A stretch of 63,369 nt of DNA, the filler included, from Globobulimina sp. (lineage: Eukaryota): the NCBI GenBank assembly GCA_003354225.1. It is 18 parts of 18 records of this genome, joined end to end, with 100 filler letters (N's around TTAATTAATTAA, not from the genome) between each part and the next. Parts side by side here need not be neighbours in the genome. Positions count along the whole stretch, not along the records: positions 35,279 to 38,704 come from PIVH01002830.1; positions 38,805 to 42,230 come from PIVH01002831.1; positions 42,331 to 45,755 come from PIVH01002832.1; positions 45,856 to 49,279 come from PIVH01002833.1; positions 49,380 to 52,802 come from PIVH01002834.1; 13 more parts are not named here. One strand, given 5' to 3'. Below are positions 37,774 to 50,328 of this stretch, in pieces. The notes under the pieces were generated by a model. It saw only the letters and a list, made by a program, of their open reading frames with translations, did not search any database and was not told the DNA's origin. Every line of letters starts with the position of its first letter. Position 1 is the first letter of the stretch. The position numbers and the translations under genes are program-made.

Positions 37774-38652
37774 ATGCTTCGTGTTCGCAGAATTAAGAAA
37801 TATGGCGACCATCGTTGGTTGCTTGACGTTGATAATCAATTGTTTCATCACAGAAAGGAGACATTGAAATATAGGATATCTGCATTTGTATTGCTTTTTA
37901 TCTGTGCAATGGCTGCATATATTTATTCGCATGAAATATTTAATGCATTTCAAGGCTTTTTAAATTGGATTATGCGCCATCCATTAAAAGGAGCTATTTT
38001 ATACGTGTTTGTTTATGGCATAGCTGCGGTATTTATGGTACCAGCATTATTTTTAAGTTTGGGCGCCGGATATATTTACACCTCCATTTATGGCGCATTT
38101 AGAGGCGTTTTTGTTGCATTTTTTGTCGACTATTTTGGTGCTACATTTGGAGCAGTTTTGTCTTTTTGGGTTAGCAGATTTTTATTTTACGAATGGATCG
38201 AAAAATGGACCAAAAATTACCCGACATTTCAAATTGCACAAAAATTATTGAAAATAAATGCAATTAAAGTCATCATAATTTTGCGGATAATAATGCCATA
38301 TCATATATTAAATTATTTATTGGGAATTACAAATGTTACAACTTATGAATATATCATTGGCTGTTTTGGAATGGTAATACCAACGCTTATAACATGTTGT
38401 GTTGGTTCCACAATCACTCAAATATCTGAACTGCATCAACAAATGACTGAATCTATCAATATTTTCTCCATTTTGAAGGATAACTTATTGATTGGCATTG
38501 TGGTGATTATTTTATTTGCATTTGTTTCGTATAATATTGGCAAGAAAGCATACAATGAATTTAATCTCATGAAAAAACAGTTAGATGACACTAATTCAAA
38601 TACTCTCAACATTGGAGGTAAACACATCATTGATGTGATTAAATATACTTAA
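37774..38652 (+). CDS. TMEM64/TVP38 (VTT/DedA-domain) membrane protein
   Basis: FMVPA..L.LGAGY, GATFGAVLSFWVSRFL, LR..PY..LNY..G.T. Confidence 0.85.
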   Translation: MLRVRRIKKYGDHRWLLDVDNQLFHHRKETLKYRISAFVLLFICAMAAYIYSHEIFNAFQGFLNWIMRHPLKGAILYVFVYGIAAVFMVPALFLSLGAGYIYTSIYGAFRGVFVAFFVDYFGATFGAVLSFWVSRFLFYEWIEKWTKNYPTFQIAQKLLKINAIKVIIILRIIMPYHILNYLLGITNVTTYEYIIGCFGMVIPTLITCCVGSTITQISELHQQMTESINIFSILKDNLLIGIVVIILFAFVSYNIGKKAYNEFNLMKKQLDDTNSNTLNIGGKHIIDVIKYT

Positions 38653-38804
38653 TTCTTCATGACATTCATTGAATAATAATCCCCTTAATTGTGAAATCTC
38701 TTTTNNNNNNNNNNNNNNNNNNNNNNNNNNNNNNNNNNNNNNNNNNNNTTAATTAATTAANNNNNNNNNNNNNNNNNNNNNNNNNNNNNNNNNNNNNNNN
38801 NNNN

Positions 38805-39581
38805 ACACGCGGTTAAATACGCTTCTGAACAGCTGTTTTGGCCGCGAGCTACGTGATTCTTCATTGCTATTTTATCGCTGCTGACGGTGATATTACTGAA
38901 GCAATTCATTTTGGTGGCTAACGTTTTAACCATTTGTTCGTGTTTTGCAAACGTGTACGAATGCATAAATACAACAGCAATGGACTTAATCCCTTTACTT
39001 GCAATTACCTCCAATATGTCACACACCTCTTTCTCATCTAATTCTGTTTCAATATAAATATTTTCCTTCGTTAAGCCTTCCACTATTCGCTGCTTATTAT
39101 TGTTTTCTACTTCTTTTAGTTCATAATCTGATACAAATTCAGCCATTCGAACTCTTTCAGTGACTTCGTAAACTTCGTTGTATATAACATCGGGTCGCTC
39201 AATTTTCAAATCAAATATCTTTGGTCGGGATTGGTTTCCAATGTGCAATACGTCTCGAAATCCTTTGGTGATGAGGAGCGCCGTTGGTTCGCCGTTTCGT
39301 TCTAACAACGCATTCGTTGCCACAGTTGTGCCCATTCGAATGAAACCAATATGGGAGGAATCTAATGGTTTGTTGGCTGGGTATGGAATACCGGTGACTT
39401 GTTGCAAAATTCGACGGATTCCTTCGCGTGGAGCGTCGGCATAATTACCGGGATTTACTGATAATAATTTTGATACGAAATATGGACCAAATTGGGGATG
39501 GTATTCTTGTGGTAATTCAGCAAATATGTCTGTGAATGTACCACCACGATCTAAATAGAAATTAAATTTTTGAGAAGCCAT
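38805..39581 (-). CDS. OPLAH: 5-oxoprolinase (ATP-hydrolysing), 3'-partial
   Basis: DRGGTFTD, KLLSV.P.NY.DAP.EGIRRIL, IRMGTTVATNALLER, IGNQSRP.IFDL. Confidence 0.95.
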
Positions 39582-39631
39582 GCCGCTGATACTTGATACC
39601 AACACAGTAGAAAAACTGTTTATTTATTTTC

Positions 39632-40129
39632 ATGTTGGCACCGTTTGTTCCGACACCAGCAATTTGTGTGAATGCAGCGTTGAGGCTCCTTCAAATTGAG
39701 CATTCAACAGTGTTTTATGATTTAGGAGGTGGAGATGGTCGGATTTCATTTCAGGTTTTGAGGCAATCGCCACAAACCATTGTCCGATGTGTGGAGACTG
39801 ATAATAGATTATGTGAAATTATTCGGAGAGACTTTAAGAAATATTGCCGTATGCATAAATTATCAAAAGATGATGAATCGAGATTTGAATTGTTGGAACA
39901 AGATATTTTTGATACTGATTTGTGTCAAGCAACACATATTTATACTTATTTAACTGCAGAAGGAATGGATGATATAACACCAACATTCCATAAACATTTA
40001 ACAAAAGGAACACGTATTTTATCAGTTGAGTATCCCATACCAAATTGGAACATTATACAAACAGAGAATATTTGGGGCCTCAATTTGCATTTATATCAAG
40101 TTGGAATGCACGAATCATTTCAAAAATAG
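39632..40129 (+). CDS. FAM173/ATPSCKMT-like protein-lysine methyltransferase
   Basis: APFVPTP, YDLGGGDGR, DIF..DL..AT.IY.YL, G.RI.S..YP..W. Confidence 0.8.
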   Translation: MLAPFVPTPAICVNAALRLLQIEHSTVFYDLGGGDGRISFQVLRQSPQTIVRCVETDNRLCEIIRRDFKKYCRMHKLSKDDESRFELLEQDIFDTDLCQATHIYTYLTAEGMDDITPTFHKHLTKGTRILSVEYPIPNWNIIQTENIWGLNLHLYQVGMHESFQK

Positions 40130-40268
40130 TATGCCAAGATGACATTTCAAATTATAATAATCATGTAATATAACTTTTTATGAATAACTGTAAATTCTTG
40201 ATATACAATATTCATTTCTTTCAACAAGTTTTAATGAGAGTAAAAAAACACTGAGATAAATTATTTAC

Positions 40269-41831
40269 ATGAACATGGAACACAAATTGAAGTCTAGAAA
40301 ATGTTTGTCAATCATAATTATAATGTTAATATCTTTTCATGTTAATTTTGTTTTTCTGCACTATATGGTATTTCCTGAGCAAAATAATATACAAAACCGC
40401 TGGACGAATAGTTATAGCTCAAATCATCATTACAATCTAAACATTACTCAGACAGTCGCTGAACTTGCTAATTATTCCAGGTTTTATTATCCCACAACGG
40501 TGAGAAATGATATAATTGAAATATCCAACGGTGTCAAGTTTCATCTCCATCGTTTTAGAAACGATTTATTTATGAATTTGACGACAAATCCTCATGGAAT
40601 ATGGTTTACGTATCCAATGTGGTACAAACAAGATACGATTGCAATGCAATTCAATACGATCAGGACGTCAACGATAGAGATTAAACACCATTTTGATTCA
40701 TGTCTGTTGCTCAATATTCATAATTATACACAATTGTATCATGGAAAAATGAGAACATCATTTAAAAAGATAGGTGAATCCGATAGATATAGAGAAAGTT
40801 TTTGCAAATTTGAGAAAGAATCATTGAATCAATTTAAATTTGGAGAAAAATTAATTTTTATCATTTATGGCAGTGAGTCTAAAGTAGCGTTGTTGTTTGA
40901 TGTGCCGCAGAGATTATTTTTAAAACCAAAACATTTTCTAAGTGTTTATGTCCATAAAAGTATATTTGGCAATCCTCCATTATTTATTTTGAAAAGTTTT
41001 GTGGAATATTATGTGTTTCATGGAGCGACACAATTTGTTTTCTATGATATGCAAAGTGATTATTACTCAAAAATAATAGACATGATAAAGAGCATAAATG
41101 TGGCAAATAATAATTCTATGATTGATATATATTTATACAATGCATCATTGACATATTTACGAACAGAACAAAAGGGCATTGGATATAAGAAAACAAAAGG
41201 ATATGGTCAGCAATTCTGGGTTATACGAAATATTTTCATCCTTTCCAAATTAATATCGATTTGGAATATTGTCGTCGATTTGGATGAGTTATTCATTCCG
41301 ATGGATTTAAGAAAATATCCGACCATATTGGATTTATGTATTTCTCTACAAAAAGAAAACCAGATCGATGCGATTTGTGTTCCGCGATACCGGTTTGCTG
41401 CTGAGTCTTGTTTAAAATCTTTGGATTTAGGAATAAATAATCAATATACAAATATCTCGCATATGGAACAGATGGTGTTTCGAAAAAAGAACAAAACACC
41501 GCAATCTGAGGGGAAATTAATGTATAAAACATCTAATAACATTGCGAGAATAGGAATGCATCGAATATTTTTTAGACAAAATAAGGAGCGGTACCAATCC
41601 AAAAATAATACATATATTTTTGCAGCTCATCTACGCCGAATAGGCGATACATATCATATTTGTAAAAATATAATAAATGAACAAGATTTATTCAACAGAT
41701 CTATTAAAAGAAATGGCGAAGAAATACTGAATCGGAAAGCATGGTGCATTGATCAGAGTGCTTTGCTGCCCAAACAACTGCGGAACTCATTATGCACAAA
41801 AAATGACGTTTGTCGAAAATGGAAATGTTAA
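40269..41831 (+). CDS. Glycosyltransferase family 92 (DUF23)-like type II membrane protein
   Basis: N-terminal TM; FVEYY..HGA.QF.FYD, YGQ, VDLDELFIP (DxD), GMH. Confidence 0.75.
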   Translation: MNMEHKLKSRKCLSIIIIMLISFHVNFVFLHYMVFPEQNNIQNRWTNSYSSNHHYNLNITQTVAELANYSRFYYPTTVRNDIIEISNGVKFHLHRFRNDLFMNLTTNPHGIWFTYPMWYKQDTIAMQFNTIRTSTIEIKHHFDSCLLLNIHNYTQLYHGKMRTSFKKIGESDRYRESFCKFEKESLNQFKFGEKLIFIIYGSESKVALLFDVPQRLFLKPKHFLSVYVHKSIFGNPPLFILKSFVEYYVFHGATQFVFYDMQSDYYSKIIDMIKSINVANNNSMIDIYLYNASLTYLRTEQKGIGYKKTKGYGQQFWVIRNIFILSKLISIWNIVVDLDELFIPMDLRKYPTILDLCISLQKENQIDAICVPRYRFAAESCLKSLDLGINNQYTNISHMEQMVFRKKNKTPQSEGKLMYKTSNNIARIGMHRIFFRQNKERYQSKNNTYIFAAHLRRIGDTYHICKNIINEQDLFNRSIKRNGEEILNRKAWCIDQSALLPKQLRNSLCTKNDVCRKWKC

Positions 41832-41898
41832 ATTTATTTTTTTTCTATATATTTTTATATTTTTTATTACTTTTTTCGCAGGAATAGGTTACACGATT

Positions 41899-42185
41899 TT
41901 AAAACCATTCCGAACATTTTGAACTCGACCCGCTTTTATCTATCCCCAGCTCCCAATGATTGGCGGCGTTGTCATTTTCCGCCCCAAACACGACAAGGTG
42001 ATACTTGGTGCTTGCAGACAGATCGACCATTCCTGAGATATCAAATCCATACCATTCACTGATCACATCTGTGACCATGCTGATCGTCAATATGCTGGTG
42101 CTGTCCACGATCTCGGTATTTGGTGAGCCGCCGCTGTCCGTGTAGATCGCCAGCGTCAATATCCCTGGTCAGACCTTGCGCCTGA
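41899..42185 (-). other. GC-richer fragment encoding a phage/prokaryote-like beta-rich peptide
   Basis: Abrupt composition shift; PG.LTLAIYTDSGGSP...EWY.FD....LSASTKYHLVV. Confidence 0.45.
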
Positions 42186-42330
42186 AACACAAAAAAGCTT
42201 TCTGTATAACAAAATAAGACCCAATCACCGNNNNNNNNNNNNNNNNNNNNNNNNNNNNNNNNNNNNNNNNNNNNTTAATTAATTAANNNNNNNNNNNNNN
42301 NNNNNNNNNNNNNNNNNNNNNNNNNNNNNN

Positions 42331-45300
42331 AACGCATCATAATATGTGTCGTTGTCAATATACTGCGCAATGGCATCGTTAGCATTATTTATATATTTCT
42401 CTTTCACCAAATCATTCAACATTGGATCAAATAACAAATCCATTAATTTATGATATATATTATTTCCATGCGCTATGCGACCAATAGCTTTCGCATTTTG
42501 TCGCAGATACCATTTATTTTGATGTTCAAAGACCAATTGTACGCATTGAACAAACCTCCACGGCGCCATCACTATCAATGATATAAATAACAAAAGGTGC
42601 AAAATGTCCACACACCATTTACCAAATTGCATCCCAACAATAATATAAAATGTATCAATTACTCCTAAATATTCTGTGCCACGAATGTTATTCACTCGAT
42701 CCATATTAATGTCTGTGGATAAATCAACACATCCGTCCTCATCATTTGCTGCATTTATTAAATCCGAAATACTCAAAATTATCACAAACAACACACCTTT
42801 GTCGTCATGTTCTAATTGTAATATAAATTCGGTATCATTCTGTTCGAATTTGTCTAATTCTTTTGCGATTTTTGTCCGTCTTATTTTCGGTGTTTGTAAA
42901 GTGAATGTAATTGGAATATCATTGGAAATATCTGCACCGCATAAGTTATAATCAAAACCATTTTCTTCGCCATGGGTTAATTTATTTGGTAATTGGGACT
43001 GTCCGGCGGTTGCTATTGCGCCACCAAATGATGATTCTACATTCTCCCAAAACGCATTTCCTAACACAAATAAACGACACGCATTTAAATTATCAGTTAA
43101 AATGAAACCATCCTCTTTATCCGCCACAATGTGCAACATTGCTTTTCCTTTTTCGGGCAGTTGTAATTGACATTGTTTTACTGTCAAATGTATTGTTTCA
43201 TCATTGCTAATTCTGGGTGTTCTGCATTTTGCCAATAAACCTAAAATCAGCAAAGGTAACCTCCAAAATGTGAATACGATCAGGAAAAATGGTATAAAAA
43301 ATATGATATCACGTAGCAAATATATAAATTGCCTAAATACAGTGTATCTGAATTGTTTGTATGAATCCGTTCCATTTTTTAATTTTTCATATAAGATGGT
43401 GCTGCGCCACAACGTGAGAAACACACACGTTGCCAATATCACACATGGAATATCTAACAAAATACCTAAGAAATGCACAAATATGTCCCATCGGCATAAT
43501 AAAATAATTTCATACGTCTCGAGTGCTTCCAAATCTTTTATTCTCTCCAAACTTTCTTTTATAATATCCATGCATTTTGAAAGCCGATAAGCTGTCAATA
43601 TAATAACAATTACAGCCATTAGCATAAATAATAAATCCACAAAAATAATTAATAAGACATTTAAAAATAAATGAATTCGCACTGTTTCTGGTACAGTCAT
43701 TCGCACTGTTTCTGGAACATTTATTTCAACCATTTCAACATCGCCAGAAACGTTTCCATAAAGATTACGAAGCCGGATTTGTCTGTTATGGTAATATACA
43801 TTCCATGACAGCCCAAACTGTTTGAAAATAAAACATATTCGATATGCAGTGCACATAATAAGTAATAACAATGGCAAAATAAATATCATATCAAATATTA
43901 ATAACAGAAAGTTAATTAATATTTTTTTACGTATCAACATCATTCGCGATTCATTCCATTTCGTTGTATCATAAATCAAATGACATAGCTCAATTCCATG
44001 ATATATTGACAACAAACAACATATCAATAACGGAACAAATAGGATATCAAGCCACAAAAACGCAAAATGTTTGATGACATCCAATCTTTGTTTATAATTA
44101 TAATTTAATTTGTAATCATTTAATATGATATATTCTCCATCATTTTGATGTTTTTTTAAATCTGAAATCAACGGAACAGAGCGAATCAAAGAGCAAATCA
44201 CCAATATAACGCAGCATAAAAATATTAAATCGAGAAATCCCAACATAAAGTTTATAACCACAGCACGTCTCCAATTGTCATATTCGTCCGCTTTATAATC
44301 ACTATAAAATGAAGCAAATAGTTTAAAAAAACAAACAATTCGCACAATAAATATAAATGATAATATACCAACAAACAATACCAAAATATCTAAGACACCG
44401 CAATAAAAATTACGAAAAATCCAGAAACGTATATTTCTTTGATATTTGAGATTTTCTCCAATCGCATCCGTACCAAATTCACAATATTCCTTTTTCTCAT
44501 AATCTCGTAAAATAATATGGTAATATCGCGTAAACATAACTGGCAAAAATATTAAATGTAAAAAAACAATCAAGTCTAATATGGCGCAGACAAAGTTCAT
44601 CACTAAACTCCATCGGATGGACGTCCAATAATTGTCATTTAAATAACGATCCCATCGCAAGGAAAAGGTGCGAAAAAAAGCCAGCCATCGCGTCGGCATA
44701 AATAGTGATAATATGCCAAATGATAAACATATGAGATCAACGAGGCCGGTATAAAAATTTTGTAAAGCCATTATTCTGTATTGAATTTTGTATGATAAAC
44801 AGTCATCAAATGCCAAGTCGGCACCATAATCATTCCAAATTTCAATCGACTCTTTAAATAAATGATACGATCTGGTAAACATTGGCAAAGCTAAAACAAA
44901 ATGTGGGATAGCAATACAATCACAAATTGCTAAAAAAAAATTCTTTAACCAACATAGCCTTAAAACAGCATATCGATCATCAAAATATTCGTCTGAAAAT
45001 TCATAGCAACATCGAAAAAATGCTGCTGTTCGGGTCGGGATTACCAATGAACACAAACCGAATATTAAACAAAATATATCTAATATACCCATAAGGAATG
45101 ATAAACTTAATTTGGTTCTTAATTCTGATGTATATTCATATTCGCAGCCCTCATAAGAGTTTGATGAAAATGATTCTTTTAATGTTTGATGGAAAATCAT
45201 AAAAAAATGGGGTATTCTGGTAATAAAAATCAAACTTAAAAATCCCAATAAAAATGCAAACACATCGATGAATATTAAACCAAAATGAATAACTGATTTG

Positions 45301-45491
45301 ATTCGAAAGTCGTACCAATCAAAGTCGTCATTGTTATCAAACAGTACGTTTTTAATAATCCAAATGGTGCGCCATAAGGCAAGTAATGATACTAAAAAGA
45401 TGCAGATTGCCAATAAATTTAATGTCCAAAGAAAAATCCATTTAATTAATCTCCCAATTAATGCTAAGAACTCTTGTAATTCATTCGACAT
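42331..45491 (-). CDS. Large polytopic membrane repeat protein of unknown family, 3'-partial
   Basis: More than 1050 aa without introns; at least 13 copies of F-x5-D-(hydrophobic 15-16)-R. Confidence 0.8.
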
Positions 45492-45855
45492 AATTGCAAA
45501 TATTACGAGTACTTTCGTTGTTTGACTATAGTATACTGACTAGCTGAGCAGACATGATGCACAGTGCTTGACTGCCAAGTTTAAAGTTAAAAAAAGTTAT
45601 TCGTTTCTCATTTGTGTATATAAGTTACTCGGTATCACATTCAGCGATTAATAATTTTCTAATTATCAACCATTGAGCTCTTGCATGGATATTGTCATTT
45701 GCAACATTAATTATGTTGATTATTTAGAAATAAAAAAAATAAGAATAAAGAAAAANNNNNNNNNNNNNNNNNNNNNNNNNNNNNNNNNNNNNNNNNNNNT
45801 TAATTAATTAANNNNNNNNNNNNNNNNNNNNNNNNNNNNNNNNNNNNNNNNNNNN

Positions 45856-47360
45856 AGTCGATGTTAAATGTAAAGTAGTTGCAGTTGATGGTGATATATA
45901 TGTTGGTAATGGTAATGAAGTTGGATTCTTTGTTGGTATTGCTGTATAAAATAAAATTAAATAAACTAGAATATGTGAATACATACAAAAATTACAACTG
46001 ATCGATACCTGTTTGTGTCAATGTATAATTCCCCACTGGACAGCCTGTAACAAGCGTATTATTGCAATATACCAAACAATTATCATTGCAAAATAATGTC
46101 GTTTTTACACATGAATGATATCCACCACATACAATAACACATTCGTCACCAACTCCGCAATAAATACCAGATTCATATGCTGCAGACCTACCCAGTAAAT
46201 ATACGTTGAGAGCAACTCCATCACTTTCGATCCGATTCCACTGACACGAGTAACCACCAACACAATATACGTTTTTAGACCGTTTTATTACAGTACTACC
46301 GCATGAATTAGAGCCACCTAAACAATACACATTATCTGCTCCATTAATATTTGCAGAGAGACATGATGTATAACCTTCGCAAAATAGTGTTCCTGTCATA
46401 GTAATATCTATTTCCCGGCATGACATTGTAGCACTACAAATCAGAATATTTGTAGCTTCATCTGCTGCAAATTGAATGGTTGCAGCATATTTACAGGATT
46501 CTGTACCACGGCAACAAACAGGTCCAGGTCCAGTTCCATTATCTATATAAACTGCAGATTTGTATTGTCGATAATCATCAAATATAAATTGATTGGAAGG
46601 ACCATTACAAAGTTGATCAGTTTTATAATTAATGCATAATATATTTAGTATCATATAAATTGTCATCATAATCAGCCATATTCTTAATCGGTTGGCTGAC
46701 AGCATTGGAATTTAAAACGATATTACAATTATTAGCATCCTCGCACACTACAAACAACATTTGGCAACCATTAGCATAGCAGTAAATGTTACAGATATCG
46801 CCCGATCTGCATATTATTTTAGCTCCAAATCCCGCCTGATATCCTAGTAAAAATACTGTTAATCCTTGGCTATTATTGCTGTCAATTGTTGATCCATACA
46901 TTGAATAAGCTCCATCTGCATAAACAACGCGTGATGAAATATTTGCATAATTACAACTTTGAGCTCCATAACAATAAATATAACTGCTAGGGTCTGATGA
47001 GAGTGATGTTATGGTGCTGTTAGAACATGAATGTGAACCTCGGCAAGCAACATAAGGCGCATCGATATATCCGACAATATTTGAGCATGAACCGATACCT
47101 TCACAATAAACATCAGACTGACTTAATATAAATGATATTTCCGTACATGCATATGCACCATAACAGTATGTATTGTTATAATTATTTATGATTAGTGTGG
47201 ATGGTCCAGATAAACTTTTGTATCCGTTACCGTAAATATTTTGGTCTGGTGATAATATCCATGCTTTACCGACACATTGATTAGCGTTGTTACAGTATTT
47301 GTTCTGTGCTGCTAATAGCACAACTTGTGTGACTGTGACGAATAAAAGAAAAATGCGCAT
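45856..47360 (-). CDS. Secreted Cys-rich (C-x-G-x2-SC repeat) surface protein with PT-rich stalk; +1 frame break near 46630; intron 46008-45942
   Basis: Signal peptide MRIFLLFVTV; repeated CxGxxSC in both ORFs; spliced AIPTKNPTS stalk. Confidence 0.75.
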
Positions 47361-47409
47361 TATTGCGCCAAGCCGCCAGCCAATAAATCAAAAAACTTTA
47401 CTTTCAACC

Positions 47410-48201
47410 ATGCAGGGATATCTATTCTTGTTTTTTTTGACAATAATTCTTACATGGAACGAATGTATTGGAACTACAGATATTTATAAACATCTGCGAG
47501 ATGATGGTAGTGATAGTGATAGTGATAGTGATGCAATCCGTTGACATGCAAGTGTCAACAAATGGTGTCCCAACCACTGTAGATTTGGAAGAATTAGAAG
47601 CTGAGATAGAGCAAGAACTAAATGCAAATGTAAAACAATGCCCACGTCCATTGAATGATCCATTTTTTGGCACACAAAAAGTTAATTCATATATTGATAA
47701 ACATCAAAAACATATAAAAACACTATACAAATGCAGGACTTTTATGATTTGATAATGTCTACAGAATATGTACAGCGATGCCAATTAATGACATCAGAGG
47801 ATGTGTATTGGAAATTCTATGTGCAATCGGACGGTGTTAAAGAATGGAAATCTTTCGTGACAGTGTTGGCTGCCGCTGAGCAACGAATATGGTGCATGAT
47901 GCAATGTGATTTTACGCCAGAATCACAATTATCGAACGGAAGGAAATATATATTTGTTAATGGATGGAACAAAGATATGTTATTTAGACCACAGTTATTT
48001 GTTGGAACAAATGGCACAATTTCATTGGAACGGACATTTGCAATCAAAACTGGTTGGCTTTGGGGTGTTGTTTACGATACATTTTCAATGGAAATGATAA
48101 GGTTTCTAGAAAGCATTGACTTGATGCAATCACAGTTGCGCATTGAAGAGGATGCTGCAAAAGCACCACGAAAACGAAACCGGTCGAAACGCGTAAAATA
48201 A
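47410..48201 (+). CDS. Signal-peptide protein with possible YbjN-like domain; +1 frame break near 47535-47544; probable intron 47681-47737
   Basis: MQGYLFLFFLTIIL signal; FVNGWN...F.P.LFV...G..SLE....I..G resembles the YbjN/T3SS-chaperone fold. Confidence 0.4.
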
Positions 48202-48277
48202 CTTGTAATGTTTAGACTATCTCCTGGCACGTAAGGTTTTTACATAATCCTTGTACACTGACATTTTGACTTAACAA

Positions 48278-49279
48278 ATGAATGCAACCTTGTCTAGTAC
48301 AACAGCAATAGACGCAATTGCTGGCATCGATGAAAAAATGCTACCTGGAGTAGATTCAATGGATGAGCTGGAATTAGCGAATAATACCACAATTCATACA
48401 ATCACATTGGCATTAACAGCCATTGGATTATTAATTTACATTCCATTTGCTTTATACATTGCATATCCTTTGTTCATTCGAAGGAAAGATATTATTTTAC
48501 AGAAACGCTACGTAACATTATAATTGCTATCTGTCGCATTCTTATTGATTGAAGTAATCGCTTTAATAATTTCACAATTATTTATATTCAAAGCGGTTTA
48601 TAAAAATGATATGCATTCATCACATATCGCTCAAGACATACTTGAAAGTTTTCACTTGTTTTCAGGTGGTTCATTTATATGTATTATGTCTGTGCGTTTC
48701 TGGTTCATTTATTATGATACAAATTACAATATTTTAATGGCAAATGACAAATGGAAATCTGTCATTGATGACAGCTATAATACACAGAATAATTTTTTTA
48801 TTACAAATAAAGCTACATTGGGCAATAAAGCGTATTTAATGAGATATGTTTATGTCGATATTGTGTTTGGTTCCATAATGACGCCTATAATGTATATGTA
48901 ATTATAGATATTTTATAATATTATGTTTAATTTTTGTGACGTTTTTCTATTTGCATCTAATACACAGAGTTTACTTTGGACTCTCATGGATTGAGCCTCT
49001 TTTCATGATAATATTTTATATTGCTTTCTTTGTCATTTATATGAAATTAAAACGATTGAAATTCTATGATGAATTTCATATTTTTGCCGAATTCCGTTTG
49101 CTTGGTATAACCTTATCAGTTATTATTTTGATTTGGGTGTTATTAGCTATTTCGACCTTAATTTTGAGTCTAATCGCTCAACAAAAGCTGCGTAATTCAG
49201 TAATGGTTACTGTTTATATGTTTGTGTATTTCCAAGTGTACATATTATACAATATATGGTGTGTTTATGTGATGACTCG
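48278..49279 (+). pseudogene. 7TM (7TM-RGS-like) membrane protein with in-frame TAA at 48521-48523; 3'-partial
   Basis: TM1..QKRY, RFWFIYYD....KWKSVID, D.FHI..EFR; ORFs 48278 and 48524 are in the same frame. Confidence 0.5.
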
Positions 49280-49560
49280 NNNNNNNNNNNNNNNNNNNNN
49301 NNNNNNNNNNNNNNNNNNNNNNNTTAATTAATTAANNNNNNNNNNNNNNNNNNNNNNNNNNNNNNNNNNNNNNNNNNNNAGTTAGTAAGTAAAAACAATC
49401 CTTTTTTTAAAAACAGACATCACGATGGCATTTGCGATGGCATTTTGGATTTATGTACAAAATTCAAGTGCTTCTGTGTCATGGAATATCCTGCGATAAT
49501 AGCTGAACGTTTGGAAGGTGAAACAAATGGTATTAAAGAACACAAAACAGATATCTAAAG

Positions 49561-50061
49561 TCAAAATCCAGCAATATGAAATTCATGGACGAATCCATCA
49601 AATATCAATCTCAGGTCGCTCGGATATCCTTTCTCAACGCAATGTGGATGGTTTTTGATGAACCAATTTTTATTTTTTTCAGTGTTTGTTGCTATGTTTG
49701 GATTTATTAACTGTTTCCATTCGAGTTCAAGTGTGTAATATGTCCATTTATATCTAAAAAATATCAGAAAATTGTTGGTATTGAGGAAATATAATAACGT
49801 CCATAAGCCTGTGATAATAAATACACTTCCCGTATATTTGCATTTTGCTGCATCGTTTGAGCAAAATAGTTCAGTTGTTTGGGCAATGCCGGATACAATG
49901 ATCATATAAATGAGCGATATATTTAATCCAAATGTCATGAATAATGATCGTTTTTGAATAAATGCTCGATTTTTATTCTGAAACAACTTGATATTGCCAT
50001 ATACAAGAATTGGGACAAATATTGCATATGGAAACAATGACATAAATAACCAATTTGCCAT
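49561..50061 (-). pseudogene. Truncated paralog of the same 7TM family
   Basis: FIQKRS, FRYKW....EWKQLINP...NWFIKN, then similarity is lost near 49650. Confidence 0.45.
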
Positions 50062-50328
50062 GTATCACAAATAAAAGTTTTTGCCCACACGAAGCGTAGT
50101 TAAAGTTTTCCCAACATTTTTTATTAATTTCGATAATGCTCAAGTGCATGTGAAAAAACAACCTTTTCAAAAAAAAGATAACATTTTATCGTCGTACAAC
50201 ATCATCGAAGTTGATTATATCCTTTATTTTGTGTTTTGAGACCATTTGATCCAAACGTAATATCCAGACTCAATATATCCAGACCAGATCGACTTAATAT
50301 ACAGACTTAATATCCAAACTTAACACCA

